DNA of 49,926 bases from a virus. The translations under genes were made by a program, and so were the position numbers. Under the pieces are notes generated by a model. The model worked only from the letters and a program-made list of their open reading frames with translations, searched no databases and had not been told where the DNA came from. Below, piece by piece: positions 18,434-26,876 of this stretch. The DNA is taken from the UHGV virus genome UHGV-1353897; one strand, written 5' to 3'. Within the stretch, counting starts at the first letter, position 1, and each line of letters begins with the position of its first letter.

Positions 18434-18984
18434 TTCGCCAACTCCTGCTCCAGCTGATTGACAAACGAAGACACATAATCTGGGTCGAGTACTTGGATGT
18501 TCCGTTTGGCTTCATTCTTACTGATTGCATCATCATGGTATGAAACTGCCGTCAGACCATAGTTAGCAATTATGGACGGCTCATCCAGGTCTAGGTTATA
18601 TGCAAATTTGATAGCACGGGCGTCGGTCACATTGTTGAACTGGTCGACATAATAGGCTGTATCCCACATACCATCGATGCCGTAATCTGCAGTCAGTTCT
18701 TCAACAATACGGCGTTCCGGTTTCGGCCAGTCCTTATTGATGTCCATGATGCCGTTTATCAGACAAGGTATCCAAAACAACTCGAAGGATCCGTAAACGC
18801 GTTCTGCGAAAGACCTTGGGGTTTCCCCATCTTGGATCGTATACGGCAGGAGAAGCCCTTCGATGTCCTTAATTTTCTGTAAGATCATCACCCGGCGCGT
18901 TAAATTCTGTAACAGCACCTGATCATTCTCTTGGACATCTTGCAATTGATGCCAAACAAGTGGAAACTTCTCAAAATATTTCAT
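18430..18984 (-). CDS. putative baseplate-associated protein
   Basis: 184 aa; ATGA overlap with downstream gene; context only. Confidence 0.35.
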   Translation of the reverse strand: MKYFEKFPLVWHQLQDVQENDQVLLQNLTRRVMILQKIKDIEGLLLPYTIQDGETPRSFAERVYGSFELFWIPCLINGIMDINKDWPKPERRIVEELTADYGIDGMWDTAYYVDQFNNVTDARAIKFAYNLDLDEPSIIANYGLTAVSYHDDAISKNEAKRNIQVLDPDYVSSFVNQLEQELAK

Positions 18985-18995
18985 GGCATCCTCTC

Positions 18996-19964
18996 TTAGA
19001 AGCTATCGCCTTCGGTTTCAAAGCGCCCTTTATGCAGAGGCTCCAGTTCGATGAAGGTCATGTCAACCTGCGTGGACACGATACCATCATCTTTGTGAAC
19101 CGCGTATGAACTGTCCGGCGTCTCGTTGACGAACATGTTGGAAAGTACACAAGTGGAGATGCGGTGCAGCCACTGGTTACGCTCCCCATTGACCATGAAC
19201 GTAATGTCGAATGTTGAAGGATGCAAGTAAAACGCGCTGGAATTCTTGTTGTACTTGTACTCTGGGTACATATGCATCTTGAACATGCGGATGATCTCAC
19301 GGACCATCTTGGCTTCCTTCTGAGATCGCGGCGTGAATTTGAATGTAAACGGAATCTCACGGTTGCGAACACCCTGGAAGATCATCTCCACATATGGGTT
19401 GGTCATGGTGCCTGTGAACAACTCAAGGGTGTCATGAGCGTTAATGCTCGGCAGGAATGGAATAGCCTCCGACGCAGATTGGATAGCCTTGGTGGCAGCG
19501 AATCGCCCCATCTCCTTCCCGACGTTGAGCGCATCACCCAGTTTAAACTGAGTCATGTCTTGGGCGGCGCGGGAAAGGAACTGTGCCCCCATACCAGCCA
19601 GCCCCAGCTCGCTACCGTTCCAGCCAACACCATAGTTGGTTGTAATGGACTCAGGCATACAAAGTACGATAGACTCGTTTGAACGAACGTGACGCGCCCA
19701 TGCATATTTGGTGATGGAACCAGACTTGGACCCATAGACCACAGGAGTATTCCCCAGAGGGTTCTGTATTGGGTTCTCGATAGTCTGAGTAGCCGTGTTG
19801 CCATAAGATGAACCGGAGATGCGGTTGATGTTGAATAGGACATAGTGTCCCAAGGTCTTACCCCCAGTGACGTCCAGGGGATAAGATAATTGCTTCTGAG
19901 CCTGGGACAATCCCTTCGTGTTCAGAACCTTGATCTTATCGATTGTCTTCTTGAAGTCGGCCAT
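18996..19964 (-). CDS. putative baseplate/tail-tube initiator-like protein
   Basis: 322 aa (T4 gp54 is about 320 aa); context-based, no confirmed motif. Confidence 0.35.
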   Translation of the reverse strand: MADFKKTIDKIKVLNTKGLSQAQKQLSYPLDVTGGKTLGHYVLFNINRISGSSYGNTATQTIENPIQNPLGNTPVVYGSKSGSITKYAWARHVRSNESIVLCMPESITTNYGVGWNGSELGLAGMGAQFLSRAAQDMTQFKLGDALNVGKEMGRFAATKAIQSASEAIPFLPSINAHDTLELFTGTMTNPYVEMIFQGVRNREIPFTFKFTPRSQKEAKMVREIIRMFKMHMYPEYKYNKNSSAFYLHPSTFDITFMVNGERNQWLHRISTCVLSNMFVNETPDSSYAVHKDDGIVSTQVDMTFIELEPLHKGRFETEGDSF

Positions 19965-20014
19965 GGTCTCAGCCCTTAAATAGATAGAGTGTTATGGCTA
20001 TTTAGGACTAGATT

Positions 20015-20629
20015 ATGAGCAACTATCTTCAGGGGAAGTACACCCCGGTTAATCCCAAGAAGTATCAGGGGAATGTGAATAACATCATCTTCCGCTCTTC
20101 GCTGGAGTTGGTGGCTTTCAAGTTCTGTGATATGAACTCCGCGATAGTGAAGTGGTCTAGTGAGGAGACCGTAATCCCTTACATTTCCCCAGTCGACGGG
20201 CGCACCCATCGTTACTTCATGGACCTCAAGGTCTGGACGCGCCGTGAAGGGCAAGAGGAACTACAGGTCACCCTCATTGAGATCAAGCCCAAAGACCAGA
20301 TCAAGCAGCCGAAGAAGACTCCGAACATGAAGGAGTCGACATTCAACAATGCGATGCGAACCTGGTTGGTCAATTCTGCCAAGTGGGAGGCCACCCGCGA
20401 ACTGTGTGCCAAGAAGAACTGGAAGTTCATTATATGGACCGAAGAGCATCTTGTTCCGGGTGAAGATCCGGATGTTCGTAAACAGTTCGAATTGAAGTCG
20501 AAAAAGAAACGGGATATGGAGATGCAAGACCGTCGCCATGCTGAGCGTGTCAGGGTGCTGAAGGAACAGATGCGGAAGGAGATTAAACCCGCCCCAACGG
20601 AGCGGGATGATGGACTGCTCTTACCTTAA
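20015..20629 (+). CDS. gp2/gp4-family head completion / DNA-end protector-like protein
   Basis: N-terminal YTPVNPKKYQGN..IIFRSSLE..VIPYISPVDGRTHRYFMD matches remembered gp4-family signature (YRSSWE..HRYFPDF); basic C-terminal tail. Confidence 0.55.
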   Translation: MSNYLQGKYTPVNPKKYQGNVNNIIFRSSLELVAFKFCDMNSAIVKWSSEETVIPYISPVDGRTHRYFMDLKVWTRREGQEELQVTLIEIKPKDQIKQPKKTPNMKESTFNNAMRTWLVNSAKWEATRELCAKKNWKFIIWTEEHLVPGEDPDVRKQFELKSKKKRDMEMQDRRHAERVRVLKEQMRKEIKPAPTERDDGLLLP

Positions 20630-20838
20630 CTTCTCTTGTGGTCAGGGGCGTAACAGGTATGCCTGTCGCGCCCAATTTGCCAGCCGTCTGCTCGCGCCTG
20701 TTTGACACACTCACCCCAAGTCTCACCAGTGTATTGTTTGAACCCGCACTTGGGGTGATGCTCTTCCCAAGCCCAACTGCATGCCTTGCAATCTGAGCAT
20801 TCACAATAAAGATCGATGGTGTAACCTGAAATGATCAT
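20626..20838 (-). CDS. small Cys-rich protein
   Basis: 70 aa with CxCxxC...C...C...C pattern, possible zinc ribbon. Confidence 0.4.
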   Translation of the reverse strand: MIISGYTIDLYCECSDCKACSWAWEEHHPKCGFKQYTGETWGECVKQARADGWQIGRDRHTCYAPDHKRS

Positions 20839-20840
20839 GA

Positions 20841-21248
20841 TCAGTCTTCTAGGTGATCGTAGATCTTCTGGCGGAACGCATTACCACCAGCACAACCCTT
20901 GGCCAGCAGGTGGGTGCCGCCCGTACCGATCACGCTGATTGTTGAGAAGCCCAAGATGCGGCCTGTGATGGACTGATCAACCTTCACTGTCTCCACCTTA
21001 CCAATGCGCAACTCATCAGCATCACGACGGATGAAACCACGTTTGACGATGACGCGCTTGTTAGTCACAGCGAATTCAGTTGTCAATACATTTAAAATTG
21101 TTGGTATCAGAAATAACAAGCTGAATCCAAATGTTGGGATAAACGTTAAAATAACCAGAACGTAAATCCAAAAACCGCTCCACCAAGTCGGGCGGGTGAA
21201 GGCAATAACGTGCTCGTCTTTGCCGAGCATACGATCTACATAACGCAT
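20841..21248 (-). CDS. membrane-anchored bacterial PH-domain protein (YdbS/DUF304-like)
   Basis: 135 aa: short N-term, two hydrophobic helices, then TNKRVIVKRGF segment typical of bPH_2 domains. Confidence 0.45.
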   Translation of the reverse strand: MRYVDRMLGKDEHVIAFTRPTWWSGFWIYVLVILTFIPTFGFSLLFLIPTILNVLTTEFAVTNKRVIVKRGFIRRDADELRIGKVETVKVDQSITGRILGFSTISVIGTGGTHLLAKGCAGGNAFRQKIYDHLED

Positions 21249-21258
21249 GATAAATTCC

Positions 21259-21768
21259 TTATTTGTCAGGGTTCACTAAAACAGGGGTGGATACCAGTTC
21301 GCCGTTCTTCACAGAATGCTGGACTACAACAATCTGATCGACCATGCGATATACTTCAATCCCAGCAGCCAGCATTTCAATAATGCCGTCTATGATACGA
21401 TATGGTCGGTCATAGAACACTTTAGCGATCTTGCCACTGTCGATAATACGACGGGTGCACTCTGGGCATGGACTATGAGTGACAAACATCACCAGACCAC
21501 AACAGTCTTCGGTGTGCTGGGGGAGTTTGCTCAGAGCATTCTCCTCGGCGTGGATAACACCCACCGATACCAGTTGACCGTCTACTTCCTTCTCACAGAC
21601 ATTAGGAGCGCCAGGAGCAGTCCCGTTCCAACCGATAGACAGGGGTTGGTCAACACGTGGGTCAACGATAACACAGCCAACCTTCAGGCGCTGGGCATAG
21701 CTGGACAGAGCGTATGCATGAGCCGAGCGCATATGCGCAAATAACATACGGGGTTTGATAGCCATCAC
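21259..21768 (-). CDS. cd: dCMP deaminase
   Basis: Cytidine/deoxycytidylate deaminase zinc motifs HAEENAL and PCPECTRRI; 169 aa. Confidence 0.85.
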   Translation of the reverse strand: MMAIKPRMLFAHMRSAHAYALSSYAQRLKVGCVIVDPRVDQPLSIGWNGTAPGAPNVCEKEVDGQLVSVGVIHAEENALSKLPQHTEDCCGLVMFVTHSPCPECTRRIIDSGKIAKVFYDRPYRIIDGIIEMLAAGIEVYRMVDQIVVVQHSVKNGELVSTPVLVNPDK

Positions 21769-22079
21769 ATCACCAGTTTCTTTTCAAGGAGGAAGATCAT
21801 GTCGTCTTGGTCTGCACGACCAAAGATCTGACCCATGGCGACCATCTGGTGGACTTCCCTGACAATGATTTCTTTGCCAGGAGTAACTTCATCCAGGTCC
21901 ATGATAGTGCTGACGCGGTCTACCATGCGCGGCGGGTGATTAATGTAGCGCTGCAGGTACTTCTCGCGAGTGGCGATCAAAGTGTTCAGCTCGGACAGCT
22001 CTGTCTCTTCTTCTGAGAAGCGCTTTTCCTTCGCCTGCAGTTCAGCCAGGCGCTCATACATTTCTTTTAATGGGGTCAT
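21765..22079 (-). CDS. hypothetical protein
   Basis: 104-aa ORF; GAGGAAC SD upstream; ATGA overlap with cd. Confidence 0.5.
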   Translation of the reverse strand: MTPLKEMYERLAELQAKEKRFSEEETELSELNTLIATREKYLQRYINHPPRMVDRVSTIMDLDEVTPGKEIIVREVHQMVAMGQIFGRADQDDMIFLLEKKLVM

Positions 22080-22100
22080 TTCCGGTTCCTCTTAATAAAC

Positions 22101-22132
22101 GAAGGGGAGTATATACTCCCCTTCTTCAATAA
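22101..22132 (-). promoter_or_regulatory. promoter cassette (ATTGAAG box + palindromic -10 hairpin)
   Basis: Perfect 24-nt palindrome GAAGGGGAGTAT/ATACTCCCCTTC (22101-22124) with TATATA at centre; minus-strand TTATTGAAG immediately upstream; 22 nt before CDS start 22079. Confidence 0.4.
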
Positions 22133-22147
22133 CCGCTGAATCTTTAT

Positions 22148-22477
22148 TCAGAGATAAGATTTACCGAGTTCGGTCAGGCGATAGAACGTCACCTCAGTGT
22201 TCGGCCAGTTCACGTAAGAACCGTCATGAACCATTGAGCCAGCTGGTTCGATCAACCCCTTGGCGAGCAGGGAAGCCCCTGTGCGGGGGTTGCCTTTGAC
22301 GGAGGTGAAACCACCAGCGTTCGGACATACCCGGAACGTCCAGACGGTGTTGCCCTTGTCATTGGTCCAGGATTTGGGATGAAAGTACCATTCACCATAA
22401 CAGCAATGACCTTTCTCAAAGTTCAACATTCCTAAAAGGACGCAGAGTTGATGTCCTGTGATGCGTGGCTTTTTCAT
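22148..22477 (-). CDS. hypothetical protein
   Basis: ORF track 22148..22528; internal ATG at 22477 gives ATGA overlap with upstream gene. Confidence 0.45.
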   Translation of the reverse strand: MKKPRITGHQLCVLLGMLNFEKGHCCYGEWYFHPKSWTNDKGNTVWTFRVCPNAGGFTSVKGNPRTGASLLAKGLIEPAGSMVHDGSYVNWPNTEVTFYRLTELGKSYL

Positions 22478-22791
22478 GACAATACTCCTTTCAGAGCTAA
22501 AACGGAAAGCACACCAATAATCAACCATGTCGGGATAATCGGCTTGCAGTTCGTGTGGGTTTCTCCACCTTCGATGTTCGGACTTCCTTGTATAAGAACG
22601 TGTTCACAGGAAGCTCTGAATGTCATTACACAGCCCATCAACACAATCGGCCTGATATAATAACCCGTTTTAGTTTGCTTCACGATACATGGAGAGGAGA
22701 AGCGCAGATATGGATCCCCTTTCCGGTAGCCTGTGATTGTGACCTTCTGCACTTCAGAAGGCACTTTTTGGCCAGGAAAATAAATTTTCAT
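22474..22791 (-). CDS. hypothetical protein (C-terminal TM helix)
   Basis: 105-aa ORF, hydrophobic C-terminus. Confidence 0.45.
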   Translation of the reverse strand: MKIYFPGQKVPSEVQKVTITGYRKGDPYLRFSSPCIVKQTKTGYYIRPIVLMGCVMTFRASCEHVLIQGSPNIEGGETHTNCKPIIPTWLIIGVLSVLALKGVLS

Positions 22792-23366
22792 ATTTCAATC
22801 CCCAGATTGGTGTATAACAACTCAGACAGGGTTACAGGGCGCTTGAATTGTTCCCAACTACAGTTCAGGTATTCGCGCTCTTCGCGAATATTTTCGTGAA
22901 GATGACCATGGATATTATACGCCCAGCGGTCTAATTGATAAGGAACGTGAGTGGTCAGCACACGACCAACCGGAGTATCACGCTCATACATCGCACCAAA
23001 GGAGCTAATCCATCCCTCTTGATACAGCTGCATCAACATCTTGAAGCTGTCATGGTTGCCTTGCGCCACCCTGATGATAAAGTTCGGTCGCCAGTCATCG
23101 GGAACCGGGCGGCGCTTGAACTCATCAATATTCCGCTTGGCACCCTCGCGCATCAGGCGAATGAACCCCTCAGCCCCGATGAAGCAGATGTCGCCTGCAA
23201 GTTCAAGGACGTCTCGAGACTTCATTCCCTGGAAGATCGTGTCGATGACTGCAGCATCATGCGCCTCTTGGGTATCGAACCCACGGGGCTTGAAGATCTT
23301 CTTGTGTCCGAGGTGGGTGTCGCCCAGATACTTCACAATTCCTGCCATTATGGTCTCCTCAACCAT
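22788..23366 (-). CDS. calcineurin-like metallophosphoesterase
   Basis: Motifs GDTHLG (DxH), AGDICF (GD), GNHD, GHLH in canonical order; 192 aa, lambda-phosphatase-sized. Confidence 0.7.
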   Translation of the reverse strand: MVEETIMAGIVKYLGDTHLGHKKIFKPRGFDTQEAHDAAVIDTIFQGMKSRDVLELAGDICFIGAEGFIRLMREGAKRNIDEFKRRPVPDDWRPNFIIRVAQGNHDSFKMLMQLYQEGWISSFGAMYERDTPVGRVLTTHVPYQLDRWAYNIHGHLHENIREEREYLNCSWEQFKRPVTLSELLYTNLGIEI

Positions 23367-23776
23367 TCTAAAATCGGTACGTTCACAAACCCTTTATGCC
23401 AGCGATGGGGTTTATGGCCTCTGTTGTGTTCGAGCAAACACGTGTCCGGTGGGACACTGAAGTGGATGCCGTCGATGTCGTAGTAATGCCCATCAATCAG
23501 AGTATACACATGACCTTCAATCTGACTGTAATGGATCTCTGCTTGAGGGTACACGTGCTTCAACAACAGAGCGACCTGGTAACACTTCCCGTTCTTCCCC
23601 ACGTACTCGACATCCACCTGTTGTGGAAACACATCTTTGACAAGGTTTATCAATCTCGTGATGTCATTTACAACAACCGAACGTTTCATATCGCCTCTCC
23701 CGAGGATTCGTTGGTGAACCAATGATACTCTATCCCGGATATAGAAAAGCCCCTCACGGGGCTTGATCGTCTTCAT
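23348..23776 (-). CDS. hypothetical protein
   Basis: 142-aa ORF, His-rich C-terminal region. Confidence 0.5.
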   Translation of the reverse strand: MKTIKPREGLFYIRDRVSLVHQRILGRGDMKRSVVVNDITRLINLVKDVFPQQVDVEYVGKNGKCYQVALLLKHVYPQAEIHYSQIEGHVYTLIDGHYYDIDGIHFSVPPDTCLLEHNRGHKPHRWHKGFVNVPILEWLRRP

Positions 23777-24056
23777 CAGGGAATATACGCCATCGACCTA
23801 TTCCATACCACTCACCGATAGAGTTCCATGTCCTTTCCCCAGGCCAGCCACCGACCGTGTAGTAATGCGCCACCAGCCGCCAGTAAGGAAGAGAGGCCAT
23901 GTTCATGCCGCCGTCGGCCTTTAGGCAGGCCAAGTACCAATTCGTGAGACTGAACGCCTGAAATAACGGATGAAGGAACATGAAGTACAGGTAGCCCAAT
24001 ATGGCTGCGAACACCCCAGCTGTTACGATAGCGCCAATAACTGTGAAGAATATCAT
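23754..24056 (-). CDS. small membrane protein
   Basis: 100 aa, two hydrophobic helices, Trp-rich. Confidence 0.45.
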   Translation of the reverse strand: MIFFTVIGAIVTAGVFAAILGYLYFMFLHPLFQAFSLTNWYLACLKADGGMNMASLPYWRLVAHYYTVGGWPGERTWNSIGEWYGIGRWRIFPDEDDQAP

Positions 24057-24475
24057 TCTTTCACTTCCAGACCCATCAGATCTTCCATGGTCTTCTGAAT
24101 ACGCAGCCAGTCAAGCGCAGCGTCATAACGAGGGTCATGATAGACCATACCTTCCAGTTCCCACGCCTTGATACCAGCATACCGATCCTGCTGTCCAACA
24201 CCCTTCAGCCAACTCACGATGTCGAAGGTGTGGTGGTAATCCCAAGGCTCGTTGGAGTCCTGCTTACACGTCACCTCAATGATGTGCTGAGCCTTGCGCA
24301 GATCAAACAGGTTACGGTCACACCAGTCAACCGAGCGCGGGTCTACCCCAAGACGATGACAACCCTTGCGGATTTCATCGGCCAATTGGAAGATAGAGAT
24401 GTCATCTTCCTTGGGATACAGACTGACGGCGCGAGCCGCATCACACGGGTTACGTTTACCCGCCCCAACCACCAT
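24053..24475 (-). CDS. hypothetical protein
   Basis: 140-aa ORF; overlaps ORF 24343..24684 by about 130 nt in another frame. Confidence 0.45.
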   Translation of the reverse strand: MVVGAGKRNPCDAARAVSLYPKEDDISIFQLADEIRKGCHRLGVDPRSVDWCDRNLFDLRKAQHIIEVTCKQDSNEPWDYHHTFDIVSWLKGVGQQDRYAGIKAWELEGMVYHDPRYDAALDWLRIQKTMEDLMGLEVKE

Positions 24476-24684
24476 TCTACCGTCCCCTGGTCCTTCACGC
24501 GACCAAGTTCGAGCTGCTCTTTGACATTCAGCTTAATGAACGTCGTGCGCTCCTCAACCAGCTGCTGAAGAGTATAACGCTTGGTCAGGTCGGCGATGGT
24601 GTGTGCCCAAGACAGCATGACTGCATCATCCCAGCGCCCCAAGGTTTCACTGTCGGCCACAGCCAAAAAATTTGATTTATACAT
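24343..24684 (-). CDS. hypothetical protein (start region likely real; 3' extent uncertain)
   Basis: 113-aa ORF covering otherwise uncovered 24476-24676; long out-of-frame overlap with 24053..24475 suggests frameshift or a shorter gene. Confidence 0.3.
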   Translation of the reverse strand: MYKSNFLAVADSETLGRWDDAVMLSWAHTIADLTKRYTLQQLVEERTTFIKLNVKEQLELGRVKDQGTVEWWLGRVNVTRVMRLAPSVCIPRKMTSLSSNWPMKSARVVIVLG

Positions 24685-24928
24685 GTTTATTCTCCCAACA
24701 CTTTATTTTGGCTTTTACTGTATAATAATTTTCATCAATGAACTTTTTGTTGACGCGCTTAATTTCTATCTCTGGGCAAAGTAACCCTATAGTTTCCCTC
24801 AAAATCTGGCTCACCCTGGCCTGTGAAATACAATAAATTTCTGATACTTCTTTCGAACTAGATCCAGACATGACAAGTTTTAGGATATTGACCTTTTTAT
24901 AAAATTCTTGATCAAACGCGCATATCAT
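24677..24928 (-). CDS. small HTH protein (sigma-70 region-4/LuxR-like helix-turn-helix)
   Basis: 83 aa with ISQARVSQILRET helix-turn-helix-like segment; gene lies in a markedly AT-rich island. Confidence 0.45.
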   Translation of the reverse strand: MICAFDQEFYKKVNILKLVMSGSSSKEVSEIYCISQARVSQILRETIGLLCPEIEIKRVNKKFIDENYYTVKAKIKCWENKHV

Positions 24929-25544
24929 TATTCACCCCCTCCACCCGGATAATTTCTTCTTCAGAATCGACGACGTTGATATCATCGTCCAGCGCGTTCA
25001 GATTTTCCATGTCTTCCGCAAACTTGTCTACTTCCATGATGTAGAACACGGGGACAACCCGGCAGCGAGTGTCTTCATACAGGGTTTCAGCCAGCGCTTC
25101 CACCTGGCGGACAACGTCATACAGATTCAGACCGCCGATGCCACAGCCGATAGCAGGCAGGCCGACATAGACAGTTTCGTCTTTAGTTGCTTCCACAATT
25201 TCATGCACCTGCTCAAACAGGGTCTGAACAGAACTGATGACAGACGGCATGCGAGCATTCGGACCTGGATAAAACTGAGTGTAGAGGTTCGCACCCCAGA
25301 CACCAGTGCTGTGGTCAAATGCATAGGACATGCCACCCAGGCGTTGCTCTGGACCACGAGGGTCGTTAGCATCGACTTCACGCAGGGCTGGGAAGTTGTT
25401 ACCGATGTGCAGGGCAATACCAGCGCCCATGGTAGACCAACAGTTGGCACCGTGGGCAAAGATGTCGATCAGATTGAAGCTACAGGCGGCTTTCAGTAAA
25501 TCGCCGCCATTGATTACATAGGTTGTCATGCGTACTGTCTCCAT
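24912..25544 (-). CDS. macro-domain protein (ADP-ribose binding/hydrolase-like)
   Basis: Two macro-domain signatures: HGANCWSTMGAGIALHI (cf. NAAN..GGGV..AIHRAAG) and VGLPAIGCGIGGL (cf. FPAISTGIYG). Confidence 0.6.
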   Translation of the reverse strand: METVRMTTYVINGGDLLKAACSFNLIDIFAHGANCWSTMGAGIALHIGNNFPALREVDANDPRGPEQRLGGMSYAFDHSTGVWGANLYTQFYPGPNARMPSVISSVQTLFEQVHEIVEATKDETVYVGLPAIGCGIGGLNLYDVVRQVEALAETLYEDTRCRVVPVFYIMEVDKFAEDMENLNALDDDINVVDSEEEIIRVEGVNNDMRV

Positions 25545-25768
25545 TCAATAATGCTGTTGTCAACACATGACACCTGGATGATGCCTGTGCGGTGGTGATA
25601 ATCAGTCATCTGCATGATAAAGTTGTTCCCATTGCGGATAATGGTGTTGACAACGATACCCTTGGCAGCAAGGCGTATTACAATGGCAGTACAAAGGCGG
25701 TCCATGTAACCGGACACAGAACCTGGTTCGAAGCATCGCTCGAACAGATTTTCAAATTCTGGGTTCAT
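25526..25768 (-). CDS. hypothetical protein
   Basis: 80-aa ORF. Confidence 0.45.
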   Translation of the reverse strand: MNPEFENLFERCFEPGSVSGYMDRLCTAIVIRLAAKGIVVNTIIRNGNNFIMQMTDYHHRTGIIQVSCVDNSIIEWRQYA

Positions 25769-25793
25769 TTGATGTTACCAAACAAGAGGTCGA

Positions 25794-25825
25794 GGCGGTA
25801 ATAATACCGCCTTTTTCTTCAATAG
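25794..25825 (-). promoter_or_regulatory. promoter cassette (ATTGAAG box + hairpin-embedded -10)
   Basis: Minus strand CTATTGAAG, 10 nt, TATTAT inside GGCGGTA/TACCGCC inverted repeat; the box overlaps the stop codon of the upstream gene; 26 nt before CDS start 25768. Confidence 0.4.
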
Positions 25826-26229
25826 AGGTCTTCGGAAAAGAGTTCGCGGAAAGGGGTTGTCTTCAGGCGCACCTGATTAATCTGTCCAGCTTCACGGGCT
25901 ACGATGCACGCCTCTTCACGAGTGAGGAAGTTGCCCTGGTTGTCGATGAAGCCCTGTTCGCGGGTATGGGTGGATTTAATGACGCCTGCTTCTTTCAGGA
26001 TCTTGAGCTGGCTGTTCATGAATCGGCTGTGGTGACGGTCAGCAACGACGATTACATCACCATATTTGTTGGCGGCAGCGACCACACGGCGCTCCCAGGC
26101 ACCTTCGACAGGAAGTTCACGAGTGTACAATGGAATCATCGTATCGCCGATGTCATCCCCTTTCACCTGTGAGAACAACTTGCCTTCAGTGCCCGTTGGG
26201 AGTTCACGAAAATATCCCAGTAATTTCAT
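25819..26229 (-). CDS. hypothetical protein
   Basis: 136-aa ORF. Confidence 0.5.
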   Translation of the reverse strand: MKLLGYFRELPTGTEGKLFSQVKGDDIGDTMIPLYTRELPVEGAWERRVVAAANKYGDVIVVADRHHSRFMNSQLKILKEAGVIKSTHTREQGFIDNQGNFLTREEACIVAREAGQINQVRLKTTPFRELFSEDLY

Positions 26230-26232
26230 AAT

Positions 26233-26508
26233 CTATTCAATCCAAATTTCAGGTTCAGAGATGTCGACCATATCCACTGTCTGGTTCTTCAGATCATGGA
26301 AACAGTCGCCGAGGAATTGTATTTTGCCGTCGGTCAGGAACAGATGGCAACGTGATGCTGGATCAGATGCATTCACCAGCAGGCTCGGTGTGAACGTAGG
26401 CTCAATAATATTGTTGTTCCACATCCACATCAAGACCTTGGATTTCGCCCTTAATGCGATACAGATGAAGTATATCACACCCAGGACAATGAAAATACAA
26501 GGAATCAT
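26233..26508 (-). CDS. small membrane protein
   Basis: 91 aa with N-terminal TM helix. Confidence 0.4.
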   Translation of the reverse strand: MIPCIFIVLGVIYFICIALRAKSKVLMWMWNNNIIEPTFTPSLLVNASDPASRCHLFLTDGKIQFLGDCFHDLKNQTVDMVDISEPEIWIE

Positions 26509-26547
26509 CCATAGACAGAAGTTTAGGGCTCAGAAGCTATGTTATGA

Positions 26548-26835
26548 TCAACCATCTACAGTGGCTTCAGGAACGTAGGGGCGCAGTTCACCAACCAGTT
26601 TCGGAAAGAGTGCAAGCCCAAACAGATTGAAAGAACGCATGGTGCCGACCATTGCAACATCTTCCCCTTCCTCGATATCTTTCAGGGCGCACATTGGGTA
26701 ATATTCATCGACCTCTGGGTCTTCCGTCTCACCATAGAGACCAAACGCTACCTCCTCTTTGATAAAGCGAGGAACCAGGAAATCAAATAGGAAAATGATG
26801 AATACCATAGGTGCTGCAGAACGGAGATAGAACAT
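26548..26835 (-). CDS. small membrane protein
   Basis: 95 aa with N-terminal TM helix, acidic C-terminus. Confidence 0.4.
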   Translation of the reverse strand: MFYLRSAAPMVFIIFLFDFLVPRFIKEEVAFGLYGETEDPEVDEYYPMCALKDIEEGEDVAMVGTMRSFNLFGLALFPKLVGELRPYVPEATVDG

Positions 26836-26876
26836 AGCACAACCCTCCAGGTGAGGAGGGGCGAACCCCTCCGATG

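Noticed and set aside
19965-20014. T4-type late promoter (TATAAATA) upstream of structural genes
   Set aside because: Only imperfect matches (e.g. TTAAATAG) near 19965-20014 and 42975; not convincing enough to annotate without transcript data.
25715-25735. GGTTCGAAG sequence resembling a tRNA T-loop
   Set aside because: Lies inside CDS 25526..25768 and lacks a complementary T-stem, acceptor stem or anticodon arm; no tRNA called anywhere in the window.
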